The translations under genes and the position numbers were made by a program. The notes below the pieces were generated by a model. That model searched no databases, had not been told where the DNA came from, and saw only the letters and a list, made by a program, of their open reading frames with translations. DNA of 59,073 bases, counting the filler. It is 6 parts of 6 records of this genome, joined end to end, with 100 filler letters (N's around TTAATTAATTAA, not from the genome) between each part and the next. Parts side by side here need not be neighbours in the genome. Positions count along the whole stretch, not along the records: positions 1 to 16,997 come from SRR31156797_8642; positions 17,098 to 26,021 come from SRR31156797_8650; 4 more parts are not named here. One strand, written 5' to 3'. This document shows positions 10,667-20,148 of this stretch, piece after piece; within the stretch, counting starts at the first letter, position 1; every line of letters starts with the position of its first letter.

Positions 10667-11428
10667 ATGAAAATTAGTAAAATGATAAATCGCTTGGTTT
10701 TTTTTATAGCGGGGGTGGTTGTATGGGTTCTAGGGGGCTCCATTACTGTATTTGCCCAAGAACCCCATCCACCTATGGAGTACGCGTACCCTGACCAATC
10801 GGTTTGGACGACGAAAAGGACCCCAGACGGTGTGCTGAAAAATCCGCTTCTAGATGTTGCGGAGATGATATTCTCTGAACTGGGAATTGATTGGCTGGGC
10901 AGGGCTTACCCCGCTAATCGCTTGTTTTTTAGACTGGAAAATGGAATGTCCAGCTTCTCTATGCTGGTTAAAGCGACTCGGCTTCAAGAGAGCTGCATTT
11001 TCAGTGAAAAGCCCATATCCTATGTTGAACTGAGGATATACCATAGGGGCGATGTTGCTCCAATCAAGACGGCAGAGGAGTTGAATGGCAAAGAGATAAT
11101 CACTGTCTTGGGATATTCATATGGTCAATTGGGTAAGCATCTGGACAACAAAAAAAATGGCATTACCCGTTTTACGGCTGGCCGCCATGCCGAGGCATTT
11201 AAAATGTTTGAAGTGGGACGGGCTGATTACCTTCTTGATTATGCCGGCCCATCAGAAGAGATATTGTCGGAACGGGCTATCGAGGGTATCACCTACGATG
11301 TTTTTAAAAGGATGAATGTCTATATCGTGTTATCAAGAATGTACCCAAACGCTGAAGAGGTAATGGGGAAAATCGAAAATATTGCCGCCAACATTGATGT
11401 TACTCAATGGGGGCTTGAAAGACCGTGA
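10667..11428 (+). CDS. Periplasmic substrate-binding protein (family 3-like), orphan
   Basis: Signal peptide; YPANRLF, LNGKEIITVLGYSYG and MFEVGRADYLL patterns typical of SBP_bac_3-like proteins. Confidence 0.75.
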   Translation: MKISKMINRLVFFIAGVVVWVLGGSITVFAQEPHPPMEYAYPDQSVWTTKRTPDGVLKNPLLDVAEMIFSELGIDWLGRAYPANRLFFRLENGMSSFSMLVKATRLQESCIFSEKPISYVELRIYHRGDVAPIKTAEELNGKEIITVLGYSYGQLGKHLDNKKNGITRFTAGRHAEAFKMFEVGRADYLLDYAGPSEEILSERAIEGITYDVFKRMNVYIVLSRMYPNAEEVMGKIENIAANIDVTQWGLERP

Positions 11429-11569
11429 CTTTTCTATCCTAAAAAATGACCAACTGTTCAGCTTCTAACCCTACTGATGCGAAAGAAAAGATGCACGTAA
11501 CACCGTTAAACCATAGATGGTATTACTGTGCCGGCAAGCTGCTGCAGAAGAGAGATTGAGTGAATAAGC

Positions 11570-11588
11570 ACTCCGGTCGGGGACACCA
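11570..11588 (+). other. Isolated tRNA 3'-end fragment (tRNA-Glu-like), probable att-site duplication
   Basis: ACTCCGGTCGGGGACACCA reads as T-stem 3' strand, acceptor strand CGGGGAC, discriminator A and CCA. No 5' half of a tRNA upstream; a terminator follows directly. Confidence 0.6.
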
Positions 11589-11591
11589 GAT

Positions 11592-11630
11592 AAAAACGGG
11601 TGGTTAGCTTTGCGCAAATCACCCGTTTTT
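11592..11630. terminator. Bidirectional intrinsic terminator
   Basis: AAAAACGGGTGGTT...AATCACCCGTTTTT hairpin with A/T tails, between convergent genes. Confidence 0.8.
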
Positions 11631-11729
11631 AATGTGTAATTTTTTTTGAATCCTTCTTCTAGTCTTTGGTGCCCGACCTGTATTTTTAGAAACCGAAGCC
11701 CGGAAACGTATTACTGTAACAGGACAAAA

Positions 11730-12806
11730 CTATTTCTTTTTTTGTAGCCGTTTCATTGCCAAACGAATACTTGTACCCATGCGTTCAATGGCACGGCCGA
11801 GTTGCCCAATTTCATCACTCCGTTTTAGACCGCTTATTTCTAGATCAAGTTGTCCCTGGCTGTATTTGTCTGCGATGTCTGTCAAGTTACGGATTGGCCC
11901 GGTCAGCCATTTTGAAATGAGTAGCGCACTTATCAAGATCATGGCCAAGGTGATCACAAATAAGATAAGATTTTTTTGGTTTTCAGCTTTGATAAGTTGA
12001 TAGGCTTCAGCGTAGTTTTGCTGGCTTATCATCGTGAATCCTTGAGCCGTTTTTTGGGCAACTGCGACGATTTTGTCTCCATTTAAATCTTCAAAAATCG
12101 TTTTGGTTTGTCCGTTTTGAAGAGCAGTAAATGCATTATGTTTACTCAGGTCTACCCTTGACTTGGTCATCTCTTCATCAGGGTGGGCTATTACCTGGCC
12201 TACTTCATCAAGCAAAAACGTAAATCCTGTTACGCCTATTGTATTATTTACTATCTTTCCAGATAATTCTGCCAGGGTCATGGCTTGGGCTAAAACGCCT
12301 TTCAGGTTACTGTTAGCGTCGAAAATACCTGTCGATAAAACCATTGCCGGTTTACCAGATGTTTTACCGATTAATACTTGTCTGCCTATCTGCTGTCCTT
12401 TGGTAATCTGTTTGAAATATGCGCGGTCACCATAGTATTTTAATGGCTTACCATCGCTTCGACTGACATTGTCTCCTTTAATATCGACAGTAAATGTGAG
12501 GTACGACCAGTCATAATACTTGGTAATCTTTTTTAATATCGGTGTCTGCTGATATGCCTCCATTGTCTGCATCGATGCAAGTGACGCATTTTGGATGAGC
12601 ATTCTTTCGTTCATGTCGACCCACGCATCGACATAAGTAACAAGTTGTTCATTTATAGCTGAAAGTCCTAAATTGACTTTTTCATTTGTAAGGGCAGTAA
12701 TATTTTTATAGCTCAAAAACCAGATAGCCATAAGTGGGACTAATGCCACTATGAGAAGCATAATTGATAATTTTTGTGATATTCCAAATCTCACTTTCGC
12801 TTCCAT
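11730..12806 (-). CDS. Membrane dCache-HAMP protein with no cytoplasmic output domain
   Basis: Two TMs, Cache motifs (YYGDRAYFK, IGKTSGKP, GQVIAHPD) and HAMP (PIRNLT...RSDEIGQLGRAIERM), then an immediate stop. Confidence 0.85.
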   Translation of the reverse strand: MEAKVRFGISQKLSIMLLIVALVPLMAIWFLSYKNITALTNEKVNLGLSAINEQLVTYVDAWVDMNERMLIQNASLASMQTMEAYQQTPILKKITKYYDWSYLTFTVDIKGDNVSRSDGKPLKYYGDRAYFKQITKGQQIGRQVLIGKTSGKPAMVLSTGIFDANSNLKGVLAQAMTLAELSGKIVNNTIGVTGFTFLLDEVGQVIAHPDEEMTKSRVDLSKHNAFTALQNGQTKTIFEDLNGDKIVAVAQKTAQGFTMISQQNYAEAYQLIKAENQKNLILFVITLAMILISALLISKWLTGPIRNLTDIADKYSQGQLDLEISGLKRSDEIGQLGRAIERMGTSIRLAMKRLQKKK

Positions 12807-12863
12807 TTATTTCTCCGCTGTTATTTTTTCTGGGATGACGAATGAACGGTGGACAGAGGTTGT

Positions 12864-13217
12864 TTACTTTTTGCTACTGCCAGCTTTGACATGGCTAAGC
12901 AGTTGGTTTACATGGTTAATCACTTCTTCAACTGGGTAGCCTGGTTGTTGGATGACACCGAGGTAATATTGCTGGAGTGGGAATATGTGCAATCCCTGTC
13001 CCTTATCCTGCGCAAAGCTAAGGCAGCGGAAAAAGGAAAAACCTGAAGTCTCCATAATAGTAAGAGCGTACTTGCTGCATATCGCCATTAAAGAGGAATA
13101 GTCGCTTGGAGTATCAACAAGGTGAGCAAGGATGTGGCCATCATTTTTAACAAGCAAACATCCTGCAACCCCCGGTATTTTGTTAATTCGAGCAAGAAAA
13201 TCTTTTACGGTGGCCAT
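12864..13217 (-). CDS. Roadblock/LC7 (MglB-like) domain protein
   Basis: 117 aa; LARINKIPGVAGCLLVKNDGHIL matches the roadblock N-terminal pattern. Confidence 0.75.
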   Translation of the reverse strand: MATVKDFLARINKIPGVAGCLLVKNDGHILAHLVDTPSDYSSLMAICSKYALTIMETSGFSFFRCLSFAQDKGQGLHIFPLQQYYLGVIQQPGYPVEEVINHVNQLLSHVKAGSSKK

Positions 13218-13222
13218 GCCGT

Positions 13223-13852
13223 CTACCTCCCGTCTATTTGTGCAGTTACTTGAGCAATACTTTCTCTGAATCGGCTGATTTGATCAGAATTGTCAATTTC
13301 TTCCTCAAGCAATTGTATCAGTACTTTTACATCTTCAAGGGTCGATTTTCCCTGCTCTCTCCAATTATCAACAACCTCATCAAAGATGATATCCGCCATA
13401 GGGCCTAGGATCTTAGGCAGCTGCTCTTGGATTTGTTCTAAAATGGGAGTAACATTTTTAGCAGTGGTGGGAGCTTTGTGAGGGGGACTTGGAGGGGGCG
13501 TTGAGGTGTTTTGAGTGTTAAATTCCTGCTGCAGCAGGTTGAGCGACATGGTAATGAGGTTTTGGTTAAAAGCCGGGTCGCAAAGAAGAAAAATAATTGC
13601 CCCGTCGTCTAATTCACGGGCAAGTATGGCAGATTCGTCATACTGTAACGACAAGTCCGTAAGGTCTGGAAAATTCATGCGGCCTGCACTGAGCATTTTT
13701 GTCAGGAGTTTACCTATCTCTGTCAATTTTGTTTCTGTGAAAATGGCGGGTAGATTGGTCGCCAAAAGACCGTTTTGACTATGATACAGACATGCACCAA
13801 TGACGCCTGATAAATCCTTAAGGTCGTCAAGAATTTCTTTCATTATTTTCAA
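13223..13852 (-). CDS. Roadblock-like domain protein with Pro-rich linker and helical C-terminal domain
   Basis: ILDDLKDLSGVIGACLY..NGLLATNLP; linker TPPPSPP; C-terminal ILGPMADIIFDE helical domain. Confidence 0.7.
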   Translation of the reverse strand: MKIMKEILDDLKDLSGVIGACLYHSQNGLLATNLPAIFTETKLTEIGKLLTKMLSAGRMNFPDLTDLSLQYDESAILARELDDGAIIFLLCDPAFNQNLITMSLNLLQQEFNTQNTSTPPPSPPHKAPTTAKNVTPILEQIQEQLPKILGPMADIIFDEVVDNWREQGKSTLEDVKVLIQLLEEEIDNSDQISRFRESIAQVTAQIDGR

Positions 13853-13881
13853 GCTCCTTTAGAGTCGGAATCTGCAAAACA

Positions 13882-14976
13882 TTACCCGGTATGTATTGTA
13901 TTCTCTATTATTTGAGAAAGTTCCTGGCTGATTAATTGGGAACGAGAGCCCTCTCGAAGTTTAACCAACAGACAGTATTCATTGATTATAAAGAGTAAAA
14001 ATGGGATCCTGGCAGTTGTTGAAAAGCTCATCAGTCTGCAAGGTCCTAGTTTAAGGATTTCTTCGAGGGTGCTGGAGAGATGTAGGAAAATAGCCGGGGT
14101 AAAGTTTTGAAGGCTGCACTTCCCCAGATTTTGAATGTTAAGAATGCTTTGTTGGTCAAAAAGGGCAAGTTCAGTTACTGTTTTTTGTGCTTTTATTCGT
14201 TGAAAGAGAGCTTTCCAGTCATTTTTTTTGGAATCAACACTCCCTTTTTCTTGCACTGATGAGAAAGAAGCGTCTGCGGGAACACGTGATGTGGCCGGAT
14301 AATCTTGTGTTCGTTCATCTTTTATACAGTGGGCATTTAACAGTATAGATTCTATAGTCGCATTAATTAGCCCTTCCTGTCGCCTGCAAATATTATCAAG
14401 CTCTATCTCTGTTTTCTCCCAGCAAATTATCTCATGGGCCGCACTCACTCCACAAAGTTCGTCATACTCCGCATCAATAAGGTTCCCTTCAAACATGTAA
14501 AGGTAGCCTACTTTGTTTGCTGCAGTGACCTTAAGGGTACAGCTTTTTTTTTCGATTTGTAATAATTGTAAAAAACTGGCTGGAGTTATTCCCTGGATAT
14601 AGCTTTTTGACACTTTACCCAGTCCCTCAAATATAGCCTTTTCTAGTGTGTCTAAATCAAGAGGCTTCTCCAGGTATTGCATTGTTTCGTACCGAGCCAG
14701 CCGTGATTCGATCTCTGGAGTACCAAAAGCAGTCATCACTATAACAGGTAACTGAGGCAACTCCCGACTTGTCCAGGCTAGCAATTCAAAACCATTCATG
14801 TGAGGCATCTCAAGATCTGTCACCAGAAGATCAACCTGGTTACCTTTCAGGATCTCTACAGCTTCCTGTCCATTTCCTGCTGTTAAGATGGTAAAATTGT
14901 CCTCATGAATCTTGAACCCATCCTGCAGAGAAAGGAGGAATGATTTTTCGTCGTCCGCAATTAATACGTATTTCAT
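13882..14976 (-). CDS. Response regulator: REC + DUF4388 (PATAN-like) + C-terminal roadblock-like domain
   Basis: VLIADDE, LVTDLEMPHMNG and YLEKP (REC); FLQLLQIEKKSCTLKV...GYLYMFEGNLIDAE (DUF4388). Confidence 0.85.
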   Translation of the reverse strand: MKYVLIADDEKSFLLSLQDGFKIHEDNFTILTAGNGQEAVEILKGNQVDLLVTDLEMPHMNGFELLAWTSRELPQLPVIVMTAFGTPEIESRLARYETMQYLEKPLDLDTLEKAIFEGLGKVSKSYIQGITPASFLQLLQIEKKSCTLKVTAANKVGYLYMFEGNLIDAEYDELCGVSAAHEIICWEKTEIELDNICRRQEGLINATIESILLNAHCIKDERTQDYPATSRVPADASFSSVQEKGSVDSKKNDWKALFQRIKAQKTVTELALFDQQSILNIQNLGKCSLQNFTPAIFLHLSSTLEEILKLGPCRLMSFSTTARIPFLLFIINEYCLLVKLREGSRSQLISQELSQIIENTIHTG

Positions 14977-14997
14977 GCTGCTAAGCGTTATTGTCGG

Positions 14998-16152
14998 TTA
15001 TAAGTTGTTTGATGTGTCTTCTTTGGTTACTGGTAATCCTATGCTCACGCAGGTTCCCTCGCCAATCTTACTCTCAATGTCAATACTGCTGCCCATTCGT
15101 GCCAGCAACTTTTGGGTGATAACAAGGCCGAGGCCGTTGCCAGAAGGTTTACTGGAGTTAAATGGCTGGAAAAGACGTTTCTTTTGTTCTGGTGAGATAC
15201 CGCAACCATTGTCTTTTATAGTAAGCCAAAGAATGTTGCCCTTTATTGAGCCCGTTAGCTTTATTTTTGGGTTGGATTTTTTTTCAAGAGCATCAGCTGC
15301 ATTGGAAATGATATTAAGCAAAACCTGGTTCATTGCCCGTGGATCAATTCTTACTTTTCGTAAACTTGCTGGTAGATCTAGAGTGAACTCGATACCTCTA
15401 TTGCGCAGGTCCAATTCAGCAAGCGATTGGAATGTTTTAAGGTAACTTTGAAAAGTAATGTCAGTGATATTGACTGCTTCAAACATGCTGAAGTTTTTGA
15501 GGGACTTCAAAAGATATTCTACTCTGCCGATATCTGACAGGCAGCGGTCTACGTACTCTTCAACCATTTTTTCAGGAAAACGGTTGAGGTTCTGTTTGAG
15601 GACGCTCAGTGTCATTTTTAGTGAGTTGAGCGGGTTACCCACTTCATGCCGGATACCAGAAAAAATAAAACCAAGATTGTCTATGCTGTTTGCCGCCTGA
15701 GCAATGGCTTCAAGCCGTTTTCTTTCGGTTATGTCACGGATGAAAATAGCGCAGTATCTTTTCGCGATAGGGTAGATGGAAAAACCGAGTACCTTTTCAT
15801 TATATTTAACATTTCCTGAAATGGTATCTTGTACACCGCGTTTTGCGAGAAGTTCGTTGTTATGAAAAAAAAGTGAATAGAGCTTTTCAAAGTCATCCCA
15901 GGTATCGATTTTGCTAATGAGTTGGAAGAATACAGGATTTCGATATTCGATAACGGATTCGTGTAGATCAAGTACGACGATCCCAACATCAATTCTATCT
16001 ATAATCTGGTTAAGTTCCCAGGTCGGTGCACTGGAGTGGGGACTGGTGGTGCTGAAGTTATCTGGGGAAGGGTGCTGGGAATTGTCCGCACGAGGTCGCA
16101 AAGGTTTTTTTGAAGTATCGGTGGAGACATGTTGAGGAGATTTTATTGCCAT
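14998..16152 (-). CDS. Cytoplasmic PAS sensor histidine kinase
   Basis: H-box RHEVGNPL, N-box QVLLNIISNA, G1 DNGCGI, G2 GNGLGL; no TM. Start placed at ATG 16152. Confidence 0.9.
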   Translation of the reverse strand: MAIKSPQHVSTDTSKKPLRPRADNSQHPSPDNFSTTSPHSSAPTWELNQIIDRIDVGIVVLDLHESVIEYRNPVFFQLISKIDTWDDFEKLYSLFFHNNELLAKRGVQDTISGNVKYNEKVLGFSIYPIAKRYCAIFIRDITERKRLEAIAQAANSIDNLGFIFSGIRHEVGNPLNSLKMTLSVLKQNLNRFPEKMVEEYVDRCLSDIGRVEYLLKSLKNFSMFEAVNITDITFQSYLKTFQSLAELDLRNRGIEFTLDLPASLRKVRIDPRAMNQVLLNIISNAADALEKKSNPKIKLTGSIKGNILWLTIKDNGCGISPEQKKRLFQPFNSSKPSGNGLGLVITQKLLARMGSSIDIESKIGEGTCVSIGLPVTKEDTSNNL

Positions 16153-16251
16153 ATAATATATGGCCTCAAAAAAACAGGAAATGCAAGAAGAAAGCGTTGA
16201 TGCAGCAGATCTATAAAAGAGAGGGGGATAGTACAAATAGTAATTGTCAAT

Positions 16252-16692
16252 TCATCTTTTCTTGTCAGCCCATTCCCCCCGTCCTTGGATTCTTGAAAAG
16301 GCCTCAATCGATAACCAAGTGTCGCAGTAACTTTCTGTGCAGTGCACGGTATCTACCAGAGCGTAGCCTTCTTGTATCAGGTGTTTATTTAAATTTTGGC
16401 CATTGATATACACCAATGCAACAGGTTGTCCATGTTCATCTGGAGTTAGCTCGTTGACAGCAATTTCCTTTCCTTTAACCAGCAAAGCAGTAGCCTTTCT
16501 CACCTCAGTTTTAAATGATTGCTCAGCTATTGAGGACTTTATACCGTAGAGGCGGATTTTGCTTTGCTCGTGGTCTCGCTGCACTGCTAAGGTGGCATTC
16601 TCCGGGCCTGTTATCGCCACACCGTTCCAAGCTTGAGCGTGGGGCGGAATGAGGAGGAACAATGCCGTAAGTGTCAGGAGATAATTTTTCAT
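16252..16692 (-). CDS. Secreted thermonuclease (SNase)-fold protein, catalytically degenerate
   Basis: Signal peptide ending AQA; IRLYGI, LVYING.NLN..LIQEGYA and GRGEWA motifs; acidic catalytic residues replaced. Confidence 0.8.
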   Translation of the reverse strand: MKNYLLTLTALFLLIPPHAQAWNGVAITGPENATLAVQRDHEQSKIRLYGIKSSIAEQSFKTEVRKATALLVKGKEIAVNELTPDEHGQPVALVYINGQNLNKHLIQEGYALVDTVHCTESYCDTWLSIEAFSRIQGRGEWADKKR

Positions 16693-16702
16693 AATTGTTA
16701 TG

Positions 16703-16912
16703 TCAGTGTGACGGCGTATTTTCCTTTTTTGTATCTGCTGGGATGGTGTTATGGCTTCCTTCATTTTGAGTTTGTTGCGATATGCTTGATTTGCGAGAGA
16801 GGGTAAATTGCAAGACCAGGTAGCAAACGGTAATGAGAACGAGTGCGGTAACATGCCATGGCTTGATTTTTTTGCTTAATAACCGTTTTGTTGGTGTCTG
16901 CTTATCGGTCAT
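16703..16912 (-). CDS. Small single-TM hypothetical protein
   Basis: AGGA RBS; 69 aa with a hydrophobic stretch; abuts the SNase-like gene. Confidence 0.5.
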   Translation of the reverse strand: MTDKQTPTKRLLSKKIKPWHVTALVLITVCYLVLQFTLSRKSSISQQTQNEGSHNTIPADTKKENTPSH

Positions 16913-16997
16913 TTTGATCCTATATATTTTGGTATTATCTTAACGCGTTAAGGGTATGAGGGAGACTGATCAGAGTTATAGTCAATTGTGGTGTTCA

Positions 16998-17097
16998 NNN
17001 NNNNNNNNNNNNNNNNNNNNNNNNNNNNNNNNNNNNNNNNNTTAATTAATTAANNNNNNNNNNNNNNNNNNNNNNNNNNNNNNNNNNNNNNNNNNNN
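16998..17097. other. Artificial contig linker
   Basis: N-run, TTAATTAATTAA (stops in all six frames), N-run; composition changes across it. Confidence 0.99.
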
Positions 17098-17647
<550 letters not shown>

Positions 17648-17675
17648 TTATAAATTTTGAAAATTCTTTTTCAGA

Positions 17676-17954
17676 TTAAGCGATATACAAAACATCAGAT
17701 TGAGACATCAACAAATAATCTTCATCACCAATGTTTAACTCTGTACCCGAATATTTACCATAAAAAACAGTATCACCAACATTTATTTCCATTGGTTCAT
17801 CTGTTTTATCGGCACCGGTTAATACAACTTTACCTTGTAATGGTTTCTCCTTTGCTGAATCTGGAATAATAATACCACTAACAGTTTTTTCTTCTGCTGC
17901 CATTGGCTCAACCAGGATCTTTCCCGCAAGAATTTTACCTTTTAATTCTGCCAT
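17676..17954 (-). CDS. groS: Co-chaperonin GroES
   Basis: EEKTVSGIIIPDSAKEKP, VGDTVFYGKYSGTE; directly upstream of groEL. Confidence 0.97.
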   Translation of the reverse strand: MAELKGKILAGKILVEPMAAEEKTVSGIIIPDSAKEKPLQGKVVLTGADKTDEPMEINVGDTVFYGKYSGTELNIGDEDYLLMSQSDVLYIA

Positions 17955-18003
17955 TTTTCAAAATATTTAAAGTTATTATTTACGATTTTCGACACTTTCT
18001 CTT

Positions 18004-18019
18004 TCACAATCTGTGCCAA
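18004..18019 (-). promoter_or_regulatory. Putative sigma54 (-24/-12)-type promoter for groES-groEL
   Basis: Minus strand TTGGCACAGATTGTGA = TGGCAC-N5-GTGA (GG-N10-GA), about 50 bp upstream of groES. The -12 element is imperfect. Confidence 0.4.
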
Positions 18020-18141
18020 TTAAATTTTATTGCCATTTTTTCAGAATGAATTCAAAATTATAGGACAATAAAAAAGTAATCAATTGAAATTCAATTTAAA
18101 ATGAAATATAAATATACTGAATTACAAGAATATAACGGCAC

Positions 18142-18177
18142 AAAAAAATGTCAGTATGATATGACATACTGACATTT
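18142..18177 (-). terminator. Intrinsic terminator after secG
   Basis: AAATGTCAGTATG/CATACTGACATTT perfect stem with a T-run on the minus strand. Confidence 0.8.
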
Positions 18178-18203
18178 AATATTTTGCTTAATAAAAGTTT
18201 TTC

Positions 18204-18545
18204 TTATTTCGCAGTATCCTTCTCTGTTGCAGGAGCATCAGTTGGGAAAGCTGGCATTTCAGGAGCTTTCTCTTCGCCTTGCAATTGTTGTTCGATTGCA
18301 GACTTGTCTTCTTTTACTTCTGCGCGATCAATAGTCATTGCGGCTACAAGACATAGGCACAATAAACTTCCTGCTAAAGTCCAAGTTGCTTTTTCAAGAA
18401 AATCGGTCGTTTTTTTAACTCCCATAATCTGATTGGAAGATGAAAAGTTAGATGCTAATCCACCTCCTTTTGAGTTTTGCACTAGTACAATTAAGACTAA
18501 AAGCACACAAACTATTAAAATCAATACTGAAACAAAGGTATACAT
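18204..18545 (-). CDS. secG: Preprotein translocase subunit SecG
   Basis: VLVQNSKGGGLASNF...FLEKATW, Bacteroidota-type SecG. Confidence 0.95.
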   Translation of the reverse strand: MYTFVSVLILIVCVLLVLIVLVQNSKGGGLASNFSSSNQIMGVKKTTDFLEKATWTLAGSLLCLCLVAAMTIDRAEVKEDKSAIEQQLQGEEKAPEMPAFPTDAPATEKDTAK

Positions 18546-18551
18546 ACTTAT

Positions 18552-19592
18552 TTATTTACTATTTTTTAATTTTTCTATTTTCTCAATCTGACTCGCAAAG
18601 TAAGCGTTTTTTTCGGGATATTTCAACACTAATTTCTCATAAACCGCAACAGCTTTATCAAACAACCTCTGCTTCACGTAGATAGATGCTAAAGTTTCAC
18701 TCATAAAACCGTCATTATCACGTATACTATCCAATGAAATATCCTCTTGTTTATCAGCAACTTTTACATTTCGCTGAATATTGGGTTCATTCTGAATAAA
18801 ATTATCAATAAGATCTTTACTTTTTGTAGTCTTTTTCCTTTTAACGGGAGAATCTTCCTCCTGTTTCTGTTTTATATCTTCATCCTTATTTACAACTTCA
18901 ATCCAATCGGTAAAACTATGATTTTTATCTTTGGAAATTTCTTCCTGCTGATCATCATCAGCAAGTGTATATAAATTTCCACCATATCCAATATGATACA
19001 CTTCTGTAGCCGATATAAGCAGATCTTCCTTGGAAATTTCTTCTATTTTTTGATCTTTTAAATCTTCTTTAGAATTTTCATTTTCCGATAATTCAAGAAT
19101 CTCAATATCTGAGTTTGGCGCAAAATCGCTTTGCACCAATGTTTCTTCAATTTCTGCAGTTTCCGACAATTCAAAAATATCGTCTCCTTTAGCATCAGTC
19201 GTATCCGAGAATTGTTCTTCCGTTTCATCTTTTATAGATGATTTTGAAACCAATTCAACACTTTCTAACTCATCAGTTTTTGAGAATTCAATATCAGATA
19301 TGGATAAATCTTCCGATAGTAAATCATCTGCTTTTTCATTTTGAAATTTTCGAAGACTCAATCTATCATTCAACAATAAAAATAATTGCCGACGATTAGA
19401 TATGTGCAATGAAGAATTCTTAAGTTCCTCTTTAAAACGAATGCTCTTGCTATCATTAAGATTCTTTAGCAACAATAAATGAGCTACTTCAAAAAATGGA
19501 TACTTGTCAATTAGGAACTTTAATTCCCGATGACTGAATTTATCCATATTCTGTGAGTTCTTTACCCAATCTTTAATTGTGCTATGCTCCAT
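18552..19592 (-). CDS. Conserved Bacteroidota protein with C-terminal TPR-like motif
   Basis: KYPFFE near the N-terminus, acidic middle, FMSETLASIYVKQ...KYPEKNAYFA C-terminus; usual position between lptE and secG. Confidence 0.8.
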   Translation of the reverse strand: MEHSTIKDWVKNSQNMDKFSHRELKFLIDKYPFFEVAHLLLLKNLNDSKSIRFKEELKNSSLHISNRRQLFLLLNDRLSLRKFQNEKADDLLSEDLSISDIEFSKTDELESVELVSKSSIKDETEEQFSDTTDAKGDDIFELSETAEIEETLVQSDFAPNSDIEILELSENENSKEDLKDQKIEEISKEDLLISATEVYHIGYGGNLYTLADDDQQEEISKDKNHSFTDWIEVVNKDEDIKQKQEEDSPVKRKKTTKSKDLIDNFIQNEPNIQRNVKVADKQEDISLDSIRDNDGFMSETLASIYVKQRLFDKAVAVYEKLVLKYPEKNAYFASQIEKIEKLKNSK

Positions 19593-19599
19593 ATCCTTA

Positions 19600-20112
19600 T
19601 TACCAGTTCACAACAGATTCGTTGTAAATATCGTCAATAATTTGTTCTAAAATATCCTCTAAAAGCGCATCTTCCACTTCAGTTAACTGTTTCGCACTAT
19701 CATAATCTTTAAAAGCAGAAAAACTTTTATCGAAGTCATTTTCACTTTCAATCTCGTTTGTAAAACGAACTTTAATTGTAACCGTCAAACGGTTCGTTGC
19801 TGCAATTTCTCCAGCTTTTATATCTAAGGCTTGTGTTCTGTATCCGGTTATTTCACCATCAAAGTTCAAATGTCCTTCCGTATCAACAACTTCATTTAAA
19901 CTTGTTTGACTTCTGAATTTTTCTTTCAGCTCTTCAACAAATCGATCACTTAAATTTGGATTTACCAATGGCGCTCTATTCGGAAAATATTGTACCGAAA
20001 ATGTTTTTACATCATCAGATAGTGTTCCCCCAGTAAAGCCATATTTGATACGACAAGATGAAACAATTATGGCAAGGCATAAGCCTAAAAATAACACTTT
20101 AATCAAATTCAT
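19600..20112 (-). CDS. lptE: LptE-family lipoprotein (LPS assembly)
   Basis: Lipobox SSC, YGFTG, NRLTVTIKVRF, C-terminal VVNW. Confidence 0.8.
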   Translation of the reverse strand: MNLIKVLFLGLCLAIIVSSCRIKYGFTGGTLSDDVKTFSVQYFPNRAPLVNPNLSDRFVEELKEKFRSQTSLNEVVDTEGHLNFDGEITGYRTQALDIKAGEIAATNRLTVTIKVRFTNEIESENDFDKSFSAFKDYDSAKQLTEVEDALLEDILEQIIDDIYNESVVNW

Positions 20113-20148
20113 ATATTGAAACATAAAAATAGCAATAATTTGTTAATA

